The notes below the pieces were generated by a model. It was not told where the DNA came from. It saw only the letters and a list, made by a program, of their open reading frames with translations, and made no database searches. The translations under genes were made by a program, and so were the position numbers. A DNA stretch of 64,000 bases, taken from Rhizophagus irregularis (Eukaryota). Shown here in pieces: positions 11,401 to 26,279 of the stretch. The stretch spans positions 6,262,001 to 6,326,000 of the forward strand of contig NC_089429.1 of NCBI RefSeq assembly GCF_026210795.1, in the 5' to 3' direction. Numbering within the stretch: position 1 is the first letter of the stretch; each line of letters starts with the position of its first letter.

Positions 11401-13332
11401 TTTATATGAATATGCATATTTAATTTATTGATTCTTTTTGTGTTCTTGTTTTTTTTTTTTGTTTTTTTTTGTGAAAAAAAAATATTGAAATATTTTTGCC
11501 ATTTCTCTAGGAATTTTTAGAGCTTTTTTATAAGAAAAAAAAATATTTAACAATCATGCGGTTTGCAGAATTTTTAACAATAAATTAAATCATAAAAGGC
11601 ATCAGATCATCAAGTATGTTACATGATGTTACATAAAATTTTATTGTTTTAAAATTATATTATTATCATTGCTGCTATTTTTGCATTTGCTTGCATAATT
11701 GTCATTATTTATATGTAAATATCTACAATAACAATACTTTTTTTATTATAAAGTCAGATAAAGTAGAATTTATTTTTAGTAAATATCGATTTTTTTTTTG
11801 AATGATCAAAAACTTCAGATTAAAATTGATCAATTTATTTTCTAAAAATGTAAATTAATAAAGAAAAAAAAATGTCTTTAATAATGAAAAAGAAAATGAG
11901 TCATAATATTTATGCATTTTATTCACAAAGAAAAAAAAAATACAAAACTTTATTTGGCAAATTTATCCTATGTGATATAATCAAAATTTATTTATTTATG
12001 TAGGAGTAATTGTCTTACTTGCGATTATTAAATCTTTAAAACAATAAAAATTAAAATTAAAGTCTGTCCATACACTGCGGCAATCACATTATATGATTAT
12101 AGGTCATCGTCATTGTACAGCATGTACAGCATTTCATGATCATCATACAATTATCGAAATTTATAGTACAGCTATTACAGCTATAATAAAAATAAAAGAA
12201 AAAAAGTTCAAAATTGTGAGATAAATTTTCAAATGTTTTTTTTTTTTATATATTTTCATTTTTTCTGAAAAGAGAAAATAAAAGATAAAAAATATGGGAC
12301 TGCTTTTTCTTTGATAAAATGCTCAATTTAGGTTCTTTATTTTTATTTAAAAAAAAGATTTTATCTAAAATCTAAAAATAAAACCACAAAAGATGACATA
12401 TGACCAATTCTGAAACGCCAGCATACATCGGAGTTCCTAAAAGTGAAATATTTTTTTTTTAGAATTATCATTTAAACCTGTTAGAAACAAGCAAAATTGA
12501 TTAACTTACTAAAGATTTTGAAAAGTATTTTTTTTTTTATTGTGTAAAAATTCATTGTAAAATTTTTTGCTACATATTTATTCGTCTATTCGCTTATTTT
12601 TATGTTTCACATATGTTTGTATCAATTATTCCATAATTAGATTAAAATAAGCAACATATTTTTATAATGAATAATTCTTTTTTAAATCACTTTTTGATTG
12701 TTCCTTTTACAGAATTCCATATCTTAAAAAAGTCTTATGAAATACGCCCTTGATGATCACATTGTTCTACAGCATTTTTTTACGTAATTCATTTAGATGC
12801 CTTATGGAACCTCCTTTCCATCTACTGTTAAAACGCGAAAAAGGAAACTCAATGTCTTCCACGTGATTTATGGCCAAGATTATGCTTATGCGTTCGGCCA
12901 AGGATCTGCAAAATTTTAAGGCATTATACCGACATTCAGTTCTGATTAATACAATAAATTAATGCATGATTTAACATTAATAGGGTAATTTTATGAAAGA
13001 ACATCAATAAGATTTATAAAATTTTGTTTGTACCATTTCCAAATACATCATACAATAAGTAAACAACGAAGTTACAGTATGTGATCATGTCACCGATCAA
13101 TAATTTATTATTGATCACATCAATAAAAATTATTTTAGAATCCTCAATGCTTACTTAATTATATTATTCTTAATAAAGTTATTAATCAAAGTGGTTATCA
13201 CGATAAAAAAGTCATAAATTTCTTTGTCGTGAATGTAATACCATTTATTGTAAAAATAGATGAAAAACTCATATATATAAGAGCCTAAATTTATTTCAGA
13301 AAAAAAAATCAACATTTTCGAAATTTAATAAA

Positions 13333-13644
13333 ATGGCAGGAATTGATTACTTTGTAACATCTTTAATCAATAAAATCGATAGAAGAAATCTTTTTTTCCA
13401 CTTAAATGATCCAGAATCATATATTTCTCTTGTCGGCGGGTCTCGACCAAAAAAGCCACCCAATTCATTTTCAATATTCAGGAAAAACGTATGTAATGAA
13501 GCAAGACGACATGAAGTTTATAATATGCGTGTAGTCACCAAAACCGCTATCATCTTATGGAATCAAGCACAACGCAATGAAAAAGATATTTATAGAAGAC
13601 TATCTAGTCTCATTCATGAAACTTATTTTACAGAAGAAGTTTAA
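13333..13644 (+). CDS. MATA-type HMG-box domain protein (103 aa)
   Basis: RPKKPPNSFSIFRK...VVTKTAIILWNQAQRNEKDIYRRLS fits an HMG box; AAAATGG start context, TATA-like TATATATAA about 60 bp upstream; family is expanded in AM fungi. Confidence 0.85.
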   Translation: MAGIDYFVTSLINKIDRRNLFFHLNDPESYISLVGGSRPKKPPNSFSIFRKNVCNEARRHEVYNMRVVTKTAIILWNQAQRNEKDIYRRLSSLIHETYFTEEV

Positions 13645-15869
13645 TACTGTAAATTTTTATTATTTCTTTTTTTTAAAAAAAAATAAAAAAAATAAAATTG
13701 ATATATCTATCAAGCATCCGAGAGAATAATGATGGCGAATCTTTTTTTTATTCTTATCGCTATATCTCATATATATAAATGTTAACATGGATATGAGAAG
13801 AACTGAAAATTTTTTTTAAATTTTATTAATATTTTTTTTCATTTTTTATTATTTTTATTTTTATTTTTATTTTTATTTTTTTTTATATAATTTATTTTTT
13901 ATATATATTGTATTATTCGTAATTCATAGCTATATATTTTTTAATATTAAAAATGTATTAAAGCGATACTTTTTTTTCTAAATGTACGGAATTGATAAAA
14001 ATCAAATAAAATATAATTAAATACGAAAAATTTAAACGTGTAATAAAGTTTTAATAAAAAATTATCATGTAGATACGAATTATTGTAGAGTCATACAAAC
14101 TTGTTAATGTTTGAGAACATGATTTTTTTAAAACATACAGTATATATACTGTATATATACATATAATATAATACATATATATGAACAGCTTCAAGCGACA
14201 AATAATACATTATTACGAAACCTTTATACTTCATGCTGATAGGTTAATAATCTGGGTACATACAATAAAATATTACTAATCTTCAATTGGATTAATTACT
14301 ATGTATTTATTTTAAGTTTTGAAGGCTGCACTTCAATTTTATCGAGTTTGACATGTAAACTTCTATCCTGTCGTTTTTTGTCGCTAATTTTATTAGATCT
14401 TTTTTTAAAAAATTTTTGTATTAGTGAAAAAATATAAACTTGAGAATCAAATATTACATTAAAAGCATCAGACGCGAAGATACAATATCATACTATTTCA
14501 ACTCTCAAATTAGTTTATTAAGCGTTCATATATAATCATGATGTTCGCTACAATAAGAAAATAAATTTCGATATAAACTTTTATATAATAATACATTTCC
14601 ATCAGTACTGTCTAATTCGAATCGTAATATTTTTAATGAATTGATATGGACAATTATTTTAGATTTGGATTAAAAAAAAAAATATTTCTTCTAAAACTAC
14701 GGTGACCGTTAAACGTCCGAAGCGGGCGTCAAGCTGCACGTTTTCCAAAGTGAAATCTTATTGGTGTAATATTTTGCAACGATTTATAAACATCACGAGC
14801 ACAACGTCTTTCACGTTGATTATGAGTTTCATTTTCTCTAATTTTGCGTTTTCTAAGTGTTTCAGGATGAATAAATATAGGCTGGCTATCCATTTTATAT
14901 TTTTAATTTATTATTTTAAGATTTTAATGATTAATGACGAAAATAAGTTACACAAGATATAAATTATATTTTTTCATATATTATATTTTTTCGTTTATTA
15001 TTAATGAATCTTAAATTGCATGAAGAAATAATTTAAAAACAACTAAATTTAATAATATACATCTTATGAAGGTTAAACTATTTTAAGCTTAAATAAAGTA
15101 TATATATGTCACGTTTATATAAGTCACAGACACACATTGCATGCTTTTGCGTAGAATGTCGGACAATAATAAATTGCTGACGATTATTTTATGTATGGTG
15201 ATACTATATTCTATTGTTTTATCACCAAATATAACTACGGTAATTAACTAAGCTAAGTCATCTCCTCCATCTCTCTATCGAGAAAAATCGAGAATCGCCT
15301 ATTCATGAACTGTATCAGATGTTATTTTTGTCACTCGAGTAATTTTGCTTATGCTCATATTCTTGCTTCTCTCCTAAATCCGAATTTATATTATATATAG
15401 GATGCGATCAAGTTGATAAGATTTTAATAACTAATAACCAGGGAAACTTACTTTAATTATGTTTTTTTTTAAATTGTGCACGTAATTTTCAAAGTTACTT
15501 CGTGCTTGCATTTTTTTTGCAATTATTTCTATAGTTCTTCAGCTTCGGCAGCTGTCATTATTTAAAACAATATGTTAAAAAAAAATGAAATAATTTTAAT
15601 GTAAATATTTAAGATTCGGTATAACCCACGCTCAATTTCTTTCAATAAAAGTCAATTAGTTTCAAATTTTGGTAATAAAAATGCACTACCAACATGCATA
15701 CCTTTAATACAAAGTTGAGACTAAGATTGAAGGTGACTTTAATGTTTGAATTATTTTTTTTATTGAGAGATTGGAGAGAAAGTAATGGTAAAGTTCGCCT
15801 TCATATACTAATTAATACAGATTTTTTTTTTAGGAATACGATCCGAGTAAGAAATTTTCTTAATGAGAA

Positions 15870-16520
15870 CTATTAGACTGAAGTTTGAATATTTTTGGCT
15901 TTTTGATGGGTATTATGGTATTATACTCAATAAACGGAGTTATTACATCACCAGAAGTCACAATATTAAAAGCATTAACATCATGTAAAAGAATATCTTT
16001 AATCTTTTCAGTAGTGTTCTCTAGTAAAATAGCGGCTTGTAAAGCAGCACCATATAAAGCAACAGCCTCATCCGGATTGATAAATTTGATTAATTTTTCT
16101 TAAATAATTTTTTTATCATCTTATGAATTCTGAGAATATGTGTTGAGCCACCAACCAGAACAATTACATGAACTTTGACTTTTTTGACATTCAATTTTTG
16201 TATCATTAAGTGCTTATTGCAGAATAAGACAAATCTTCATTCAATTTTTCGAATTCGTCACGGTTTAAAGAAGGATAATAGTGCCTTTGATGTAAAGAAA
16301 ATTTATTCTTTTGTATAAAGAGGGGTCGAATTGTCGGTAAATTGACATAAGGAACACGTAGTTTTTTAAAAGAACATTTTTCGGTATGATTATAGAGACA
16401 TGAATCAATATGAACATGATTATACTCTGAAAGTATATGTTTTGCACGTTCACAATTGTGTTCTGAATTCTTGTACGAAATGATTTACTAGATGATTATC
16501 CAAGTCTTTTCCACCAAGAT
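15870..16520 (-). pseudogene. Hsp70 (Ssa/DnaK family) internal fragment, frameshifted
   Basis: Across frames: LGGKDLDNHLVNHFVQEF, CERAKHILS, RDEFEKLNEDL, VHVIVLVGGSTHI, INPDEAVALYGAALQAAIL, TPFIEYNTIIPIKK; multiple stops and frameshifts. Confidence 0.85.
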
Positions 16521-19500
16521 TATTAATAATAAAAAATCTTTTTCATCATTATTTATATTAACAACTTCAATATCATCATCATCATCAATGATTTCAACGA
16601 ATACTCCGATAATGACGACAACAACTACAACAACAATTTCACCAGAAATTACTTATTGTCATCAGCAATCAATACCGACTATAATAAATAATTATTAGAA
16701 CCTTTTTGAATATTTATGTATGCATATTTATTTAAAATATATAATTATATACATACCAACATATTCTTCTGCCATTGTTTTTCTTCTTTCAAATACAGAA
16801 ACTAAAAAAAGAAAATTGGTTAATTATGTTAAAAATAAAGGTGAATAATCGTATTAATTCATAGAAGTAGCTTACAGTAATTAAATATGTATATATTTCT
16901 CTCGAAGTTTTAATTTTGAATTAAACTTAGGATTCGATTTCGTGACAAGAAAATGTTTATCAACCCTTGTGTGAAATATATATATTCATTGTTGAAAAAA
17001 TAAAAAATAAAAAAAAGTACCAACTTTTTTTGGAAAAACAGGAAAAAGGATTTATTGTCAAATCAACCATTCTCCATTTGGGTATAGAATTCGGGTTTTC
17101 GGCTTTCAGTTGTCTGATAAAACCGATAATCATCAGAACAAAGATCATAATAATAATAGAAGCCAAATAAAGAATAGGAGATTTTTTCGTAATTACCCTT
17201 TTTTTGGGGTTTAAAAGAGATTCTGTAAGTTTGTTCTAGATATCTAAAAGAATTGACAAATTTACACAAAAAAAAAAGTGCCACTCTTTTTTTACTTAAT
17301 TTTGACTAGTTCGAATGATGATTATTAATAATTTTAATATTCGGATTTCGGAATCTTAGTCAATATGAACAAATTTGGAAAAAAAAAACTTGTTTATCCA
17401 ATATTTTTTAAAAAAGAATTTTAGAAGTTGTATTTGAAATTTCACGTTATTTTGTCTCACGGATCTGCATACAATGAGCTGAGAGTTTGACAAAGATTTG
17501 ATAACGTAAGACACAAATCACCAGAAGTGAAAAATCACTTAAGGTAGAAATCACCCGGAGTGATATCTCTAATTTAGCTGCATACTTATTCTGCAGAAAA
17601 AAAATAAACAGGTTTGATTCAAGAATTTTTTCGGGAATCAACTCCGTGATGAGGTTATCGCAAAAATCTTTGATTTTTTCCTGATTGTTAAATTTTATTT
17701 TCAATCAAATAAACTAAAAACAGATTTAAGGTTTCATAAGGGTATTTTGGTCAAATGCCTCATTATGCAGGTTTTTTGATTTTCTTATAGATGTGATGAT
17801 CCTTAAATAAATTAGTATAATTGAAAAGCGACACAGCAACTTAATTTGGTTAATTAACCTTTTTCTTAAAAGCCTCAAATTTGAAAAGAATGTGAATCAG
17901 TGATCAATTTTTTCCAACAAAAACGCTTTATATATTAATTCATGAAGAAAATTTTTTGAATAAACTTAAATTTAAAGGTATAATTTTTTTATAATTATTA
18001 AAAAAAAAATTTATCATTCAAATATGAAAACTCATACTAAATTACTAATAACACGATAAGTTTAACGGTGTCCGCTCGGTCATGTGATACTAATTTATAT
18101 TGATTGGTTACTTTGTCAACAAATGATTAATACTGGTGATACCCGGGTCTTATAACGTGGGTACTAACTTTGGGGGAAGCAGAGATCACATTTAGCTAAT
18201 GATTCATTATTCAAAAGTGGTCAATCGATTTGCGATAGTAGCAGCTCACAGAGATCAATTGTATCGTCAAATCATCCAACATGGTTACTAAGAATAGATA
18301 CCACATCCTAATCCAGTGATAACAATCAATGTTGAACTTTTCTGTATATTCTTTCCCTTCTAAAACACAGGAAATTCTTTAAAGTGAAAAGGCTGTCTAG
18401 CAAACTTTGAAGATTGATTTAATAAATTAATAAAGTCAAATTTTTAGTAAATATTATATAATATAGTATACTACTTTATTTCTTTTGTATTTTCATTTAT
18501 TTCTCCCTTGAATTTGTATATTTTGTAAATAATGAATCAAATTACTTCATCTGTCCTAAATTACTGATTCAAATTATTATTTAACGAATTTTATTATGGA
18601 TTAATATCCCGAAAAATTCATGAGAGGCAGTAGTAGGAAGGTGTAATCATTTTACATTTTCGTTTCGCTCCCCAATTATTATTAAATTACCCAACGTTTC
18701 ACCCGAAATTTTTCAAAACAGAGACGAGATTTATCTGCTTCAGCAATTGATCCATTATCCTCACGCACTTGTTAAACCAGAAAGATCAGAGAAAGATACC
18801 AAAATTTATTGGAAATAAAAAAGAAGAAATGGATCAATTGAAAGGAAGGTTTTAAAGGAATAGATGAAATCACAGCTAAGAATAATGAAACTCAATAATT
18901 ATTTAGAACTTATCAAGGAATATTACGTGAAGAAAGAACAGGAATTACTAGAAGTACGAACAAATCGTTCAATTTTAATTTTAAAAAAATCTGTTCACAA
19001 TAATTTGTGGCCATTTATAGGGGAAATTGGGATTTTCGATAACACAAAGCAAAAGAAATTTTTGAAGATTAAGATAGGAAATTTAAATTTCTTCAGAGAT
19101 AATATATACGAATTCAAATAAATTTTATTCGTTAGAATTACATAAAGATGGAATCAATTTTTGATCTTAAACGTAATTCCCTTTGAATTATAATCCCTTT
19201 TATTCTTTTTCTTGTTGATTTTTTCTTAATGTATGATATAATTATTATATAGAATACTAGAAATATGTAATTATGTCTAATCATCAAACTATAAATAGAT
19301 ATTATACGGTATAAATTAATCAGAAGACAGTAACATCTTCACCAATGTCAATGCTGAATTACGCTACAATAAGCTAATTCGCAATTTTGTTATATTATAT
19401 ATTACTATTATTATGATAAATAATATTTGATGTGCTAAAAAAATGACTTTTCTCCTTAATCAAATTACTAGATGAATCGGTAAAAAGTATCATCCAATTT

Positions 19501-21035
19501 CGTAAAAGTTAACCAGTATAACAATGGTTCGAACTCTATGCTTGAAAAAAATTGCCAATACTAATAATAAAATATACGTGTGATCTCTTTTCCTTCTTGC
19601 AAGGGCATGGAAACTAATTTTATATATTCTGATCCCCATCCTAAAGTTTGATATTTCGTTTCGTCCCTTCACATAAAATGAACGCATTTTGGTACTTCTA
19701 ACTTTTCTTCTGCCCTTATCAATTTCAGCAGGCAAATTATTGATGCATTGCCATAATTTTTCTGGTACTTTCGCCATTCCAGATTTTTTCGCGTCGATTG
19801 CTTCCATCTAACTTAACAGTGAGGAAGAGTTTCAACCTCGGGTTCTTTTGGATCAAAAATTAATTCGTCTTTGTTTTCTTTGCTGTTTTTATTGAGAAAT
19901 TTAGCAAGCTCAGCGAGCGATTCATTTTTAACAAATTCGTGAATCTAAAAATTAAGTTTTAAAATTAATGTATGCATTAATTTAAGTTTAAAAGGCAAAT
20001 AAGGAAAATTCAAACACCTACTTTATTAGACATGCTAAATTTTTATTGAAACTCAATATTGTTATCAAATTTGTTTGGCCTAGAAACCTCAGTCATTATC
20101 CAGTTCGATCCAATCAGTATATCAGTAGGTTAAACACACCAACAGCTAATAATTCCAATACTTTGTGATTCAACAGAAGACTTCTAAACACGTAATTATA
20201 AAGAAGTCCTCTCGCCTCAAGATCATAAATTATGCAGCTCTTTTGAGGGAACAGTATGAAGCAATTCAGTTGCTTCTTTTCCGTTTTGTGTACAGGGTTA
20301 CAGTATTGTAATGAATAATTCGATAATTTTTTTTTTTAATTTTTCTTTTTCATCACGACACGACTGAAGATGGAAAGATTTGAAGTTAATATTGATTTTT
20401 TTTAAAATTATCTAAACTTTATATTTAATAATAAACTTACTTTTAAGAACTTCGTGAAATGATCGAAATAGTTTAATAGTTTGTCAGTATATCGCTATTC
20501 AGACAACTATAGCTATAATATACTGCTCTTCACCCTTCCTTATTTCTCTCGTCTACAAAGAAAATAAAATACATCAAATAATAATCCTTGATCAACTTCA
20601 TAATAAGAATTTAACGTTTCCTTCCACATCACGTGGTCAACGAATAAATAGGTCGCATGTTGCTCATATCTTCCCCATCTCCTTTAGCTACAAATAGAAT
20701 AGTAATTCTCGCTATACAGTATTTAAACATAACACCTATTTTCCTTCAGTTCTCAAATGCCAATTGTTTACTTCTTAGGATTTTGAATATTACATGATTT
20801 TGGAATATTTCTGCGAAATCAACAGTCATTTCAAAAGTGTTCACAACAACCTATGATATGAAGCCAAGGAAGTAAAGGATAATATTCACAATAGACTTTT
20901 TACTAATAATAACATCAACTCTTCCTGCAAGAAAATACCAATAAAATCAGATCACTTTCTGGTTAAGGTGTTGATATGAAACCATCATAAATGCAAAAAA
21001 AAGTATCAATTACCGTACGAATTCATTCAATCGGG

Positions 21036-23020
21036 GTAATAATTTATTAAACAGATATCATCATTTACCTATTAAAATAATTATAATAAAATTAATAAAT
21101 TAAATAAATAAATAGAGTCCTTTCAATATCTGGCTGTGTTTTAAACATTACCTTAAATTTGATATAAAAAGCTCTATATAATCTTAATTATCCATCATTG
21201 CGAGTAATAATTAGTTTTGGGAAACTAGATTGAACTGATGTCGTGCCAAATGTTAAGAAATGAGCGCCAGTCACAACACATCTTGCTATTTTCTTAGCAC
21301 GTTTAGAATCCTGAGCAAGTACCATATAAATCGTTCTTTAAAGTATTTGTTGCTAAAGTTGGAATTCAGTAGCACTATCTGATTCAAATGATCAAGTTAT
21401 GAAGTAATATCCATATTAAGTTTAAAATGTCATTCGATCGAGGTAATAGTTTTATTAAATAGCTATCATTATTTACCTATCAAAATAATTAATAAATTAA
21501 ATATTATAAAAATAATAAATAGAGTCCTTTCAATATTTGGCTGTATTTTTTATGATTTAAACATTACCTTAAATTTGATGTAAAAAGCTCTATATAATCT
21601 TAATGGATCCATCGTTGCGGGTAATAATTAGTTTTGGAAAACTAGATTGAACTGATGTCGTGCCAAATGCTAAGAAATGAGCGCCAGTCACAACACATTT
21701 TGCTATTTTCTTAGTACGTTTAGGATCCTGAACAAGTATCACATAAATCGATCTTCGAAAGTATTTGTTGCTAGAGTTGGAAATTGGAATTCAGTAGCAC
21801 TATTTGATTCAAATGATAAAGTTGCGAAGTAATATCCATATTAAGTTTAAAATGTCATTCAATCGAGGTAATAGTTTTATTAAATAGCTATCATCATTTA
21901 CCTATTAAAATAATTAATTATAATAATATTAATAAATTAAATATTATAAAAATAAATAAATAGAGTCCTTTCAATATCTCGCTAATTTAAACATTACCTT
22001 AAATTTGAGATAAAATTTCTATATAATCTTAATGATCCATCATTGCGAGTAATTAGTTTTGGAAAACTAGATTGAACTGATGTCGTGCCAAATGCTAAGA
22101 AATGAGCGCAGTCACAACACATCTTGCTATTTCTTAGCACGTTTAGGATCCTGAACAAGTACCACATATATCGATCTTTAAAAGTATTTGTCGCTAAATT
22201 TGGAATTCAGTAATAGTACTATCTGATTCAAATGATTAAGTTTTGAAGTAATTTCTATATTAAGCTAATATTTCATTCAATCGGGGGCCTCATTATATTT
22301 GTTGTTTCTAATATAAGCAAAAATTTCATAGTATATGAAATTTGTTGTAAGCCATAATGATCCGTTACGACAAGATAATAAAGGAATAATTTATAAAGAA
22401 AATCCATTATATAGTAGATACTTTTTTTTTAGTAAGAATTTGCAAATGTAAATCGAAAATTTTTTTAATAAATATTTTGAATTTAAGGGTAAACCAGTTA
22501 TTTGTTGCAGATTTTACAATGGGGTATAACAAATCCTATATAAAAGGTAAAAGTAATTAGAATTAAGTAAAAAAAAACCAGGAAATCCAAAATTGTTACC
22601 TACTTCATTAAAATTGGGAATACCGTTACTTTCAATGTAATATCCATTTCTTTTTACGTAGCTTTCCAAATTTTATGATGAAGATTATTCTAGTAATAGT
22701 TTATTAAATAGCTATCATCATTTACCTATTAAAATAATTATAATAATATTAATAAATTAATATTATAAAAATAAATAAATAGAATAGAATTCTTTCAATA
22801 TCTGGCTGTATATAATTTAAACATTACTTGAAATTTGATGTAGAAAGCTCAAGAAATGGGCGCGAATCACAACACATCTTGCTATCTTCTTTAGCACGTT
22901 TAGGATCCCGAACAAGTACCACACAAATCGTTCTTTAAAAGTATTTGTTGCTGAAGTTGGAATTTCAATAATAGCACTATCTGATTCAAATGAAGTAATT
23001 TCTATATTAAGTTTAAAATA
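21036..23020 (-). repeat. Tandem array of about 410-425 bp exon+intron units (3 full, 1 partial), decayed transposase-like fragment
   Basis: Units start near 21036, 21443, 21868 and 22694 (GTAATAGTTTTATTAAATAGCTATCATCATTTACC); minus strand has AAG|GTAATG..TAATAG| introns and reads ESDSATEFQ..VQDPKRAKKIARCVVTGAHFLAFG. Confidence 0.85.
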
Positions 23021-26000
23021 TTAATTTAGTAATTAGGGCAAATATTGATTGCGGATTTTGATAGAGGAATCTTAATAAATAATAAATCAAACATCAATAA
23101 ATTTAAATATTTTTACTTGCCGATGCTTCTACTCTCGTCCAACTAAATAGTAGGTTTTGCAGTAGGACTTGTGTCAGTGCCCATTCTGGCAATGGGATTC
23201 TGACTTGAAGGCGTTCAGCCACTATTCAGATCAAAGAAGAGAGAACATCTAGATTCGATACCCAGGCACTTGATTATTACACAGTGCACGTGCTAATCTG
23301 ATAACCGATATCTTGTGATTTTTTCGACGCAATAACCAAATCGTATGTCAATATTACCATTATGAGGCTTTTACACATTTCAATGTCTTTCATGATAAGA
23401 AATAGGATCAATTAATTATGAAAATGTCTCAGAACGCAAAAAGCATATTAATAATATTTTAAAGTCCGATGATTTAAAGATTTAAGAAAATGATGTACGG
23501 TATGTACGCAAGTTATAAACAAAAGTTTTTGAATAATTATTAATTATATATTTTCTTAATTATAATAATTAGCCAGAATTCAGACGAAAGACTCGCCGAT
23601 TATAATTCCTCCAAGGTTTCTACTTCACAAGAAACTCTGCTTAAAATCTACTCTATATAGCTCTCAATCATTACGGCTTGATCGAAAAAAAAAACACCAA
23701 ATTTGAAAACGAACCAATGTTAGCAACTAAGGAAAGAACAAAAGCTCTCTAATACAACAAGTTCTACTACTAGGCATTCGAGAAAAATTGCAGTAGTAAC
23801 ACAAAAAGCGACAAGTCCAAATCCGTGGTTAAACATCTAATGGCAGAGTTGAACATTCGTAAAAAGACCACTCCCATTGGCATGACATATGAAGCAACGA
23901 AATCTATCTATTCGTACTGTTACCTAGCTAGCGGCGTATCATTATACGGTCAAGGAAACCTTGATTTGGCGATAATTAACCGAAAAGCTCTAAAACAAAG
24001 ATTGCTGATGATGGTTGATTTTGAGAAGAATCAAAGTTACTTTACCTCCCAAGAAAACGAAACGTGAACAAAAAGTTGTATTATATAACCTTCTAATAAT
24101 GTGCTATTGAATTTTCCCGATAAAAAAAAAGAAAAATAGTACAGATGATGATGGCGATGAACAAGGTATTGGAAAAGGACGAACGAATATTACTTCTAAT
24201 TAAGTTCAAGATGGTGATTAGTACTATCTCTTTAGAAGTTGAAGAAAGAAATACCTTAAAAGGCAGAAATGTGCTTACTTGGCAAACTTTTGTTTTACTT
24301 CCTATCGTAAAATGTTAAAACAAGCAAGAAGCAATTGAGAATAAAGACTAATGAGTGACATCAGCATCTGCTAGTGCTATTGTAAGAAGTGTAATGGTGA
24401 TTTAGTTGAGACAAGAACAAGAAATGCGCATGAAACTGAAGACCTTCTACAGACGATATATCTATGAAATCTGTAGAAACTAAAAGATCTCAACAACATC
24501 ATAAGCGTCGTGTTACTTTACAACCTAGTTTTAAACTTAATATGTTGTGATTGAACAGGATTCAAGACTAAGGAAAACAGAAAAACTACTTTTAATTTTA
24601 GAGTTGATTAGAATTTCTTTCATAATATGGTATTGATATAAAAAAATCTCAATCCAAAAATCTCTAAATCAAAAGCTCCCATTGTTGCAGTCGCTTCACC
24701 TGCCTTACCCGAAACTATTGCTCAATTTTGTACAGAAATGTGGTAATCAGAATCTCAATATGAAAGCAAAATATAAGAGTAAAGAATGGATAGCTGCAAT
24801 ATTAATAGGATGCAAAAATGTTAATGGGATGCAAAGTGGTTCTTAAAATTGGAGTCCGTTGTCAAAGTAGCAACAAAAAATACGTCGATTATTGGTTTTT
24901 TTCAGCCATTCAATTATAAACTTCAAGTAAAGAGCATGCAAATGAGGTGCGGAAAAGAAACACCTATCTTAATGGGTAAAATCAATGATATGCTTACGAT
25001 AAGGGTAGTATCGCTGAACGATCAAGAAAACAAGTACCCGCTGTTTTCATCTGCAATGATATCGATCACTCAATGCTCAAAACTCAAATCGTCAAGACTC
25101 AATAATTATGACAATTGCAAACGAGAGCGAATTCACAAATTCGACCAGCTGATGTGGGCGAACTTATTTGAGAAGATAATAATTTTTAACTTGCTAGTCG
25201 CATGGAGATTTGCCATGATAGTATTGATATGATGAAATAAAGACATTAGATGAATGATGTATCTTTTGTAGAAGTTGCTGAATCAATGTCTTACGAAGAT
25301 ACTGTTGTCTTGGATCACAGAAGGAGTGGAATCTTATGACAATCACAGATTCCTTTCTGTTCATGGTTATAATAAAGGAGGTCAATTTGGACAATATAAA
25401 TATAGGACAAAACTCTAAATTTCTTTCAATTGACAGTGAATCTTAATTACTTTAAAGTAACATGCGAACTAAAATTTCTGCTGGTAGAAGTGAATTTCGC
25501 GAACTACTCTTCAAATAGCCTTTGGCTGATCAAAAATTAATGATGTACATGATGCTATCAAAATTAATGGATAATTCGACGCTTAAACATATCGAACGAG
25601 CTATTAGTATAACTGCCGATATAGATGATTTTATTGAGAATATTTTTGATGAGGATGATACAATCGTTGATGGTAATGATTTTACGATTGCCTCATTATC
25701 CAAGATAATTTGTTAGCAATTTCAAGTAAAAAAAATATAATTTTTGTAACAGGAATGCCAAATGAACGACACAACAATCAACCTCACCACAGAATAAGCA
25801 GGTCAAAGTTCAAATACACGAATGAGCCGCTGTTTAGATTCTTTACTCTATTTGATACATATTATATATTATTAGGCGAGTAGTTCTTCCCACTATGATA
25901 AATGGATTAGATAGGTCTTGAGGATTAATGAAATGAGATGTTTGAGTGTTCTTCTGATTACTCATGGGCATTATTGCGTTCATCGGTATATTTTTTATCA

Positions 26001-26279
26001 CTAATCGTCTAATATTCGAACTAATATTTGACTATCATTCGTGCCAATATTAGTAATATAAACTTTAAGCCGAATTATGGTCTAAAGAATAACCAACATA
26101 TATATATATATATATATACAATTTATTTCTAAAGTTTCAATATTTATTTATTAATTTAGTTTTAATATTAATTTCAATTTTAAATTTATTAAATTTATTA
26201 AACACTTTAAATATATACATATTAGCATCTATCTAATATAATCATAATTATAAATAAAAAAAGAGTCAAGTTTGGTCCA

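Noticed and set aside
11076..11417. 113-aa His/Asn/Pro-rich ORF
   Set aside because: Translation of TTAGGG-like tandem repeats; no domain evidence
18650..21000. Decayed coding-like, partly multi-exon sequence including ORF 19490-19807
   Set aside because: Broken in all frames and no family could be recognised with confidence
21036..23020. CRISPR-like array
   Set aside because: Units are about 420 bp whole-unit duplications with introns and no unique spacers; eukaryotic context
23340..25800. Coding-like plus-strand stretch with short ORFs
   Set aside because: Probably a pseudogene or TE relic, but no identifiable motif
26097..26118. (TA)n microsatellites (also 40437-40458) and (TAAA)n at 10216-10240
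   Set aside because: Ordinary simple repeats
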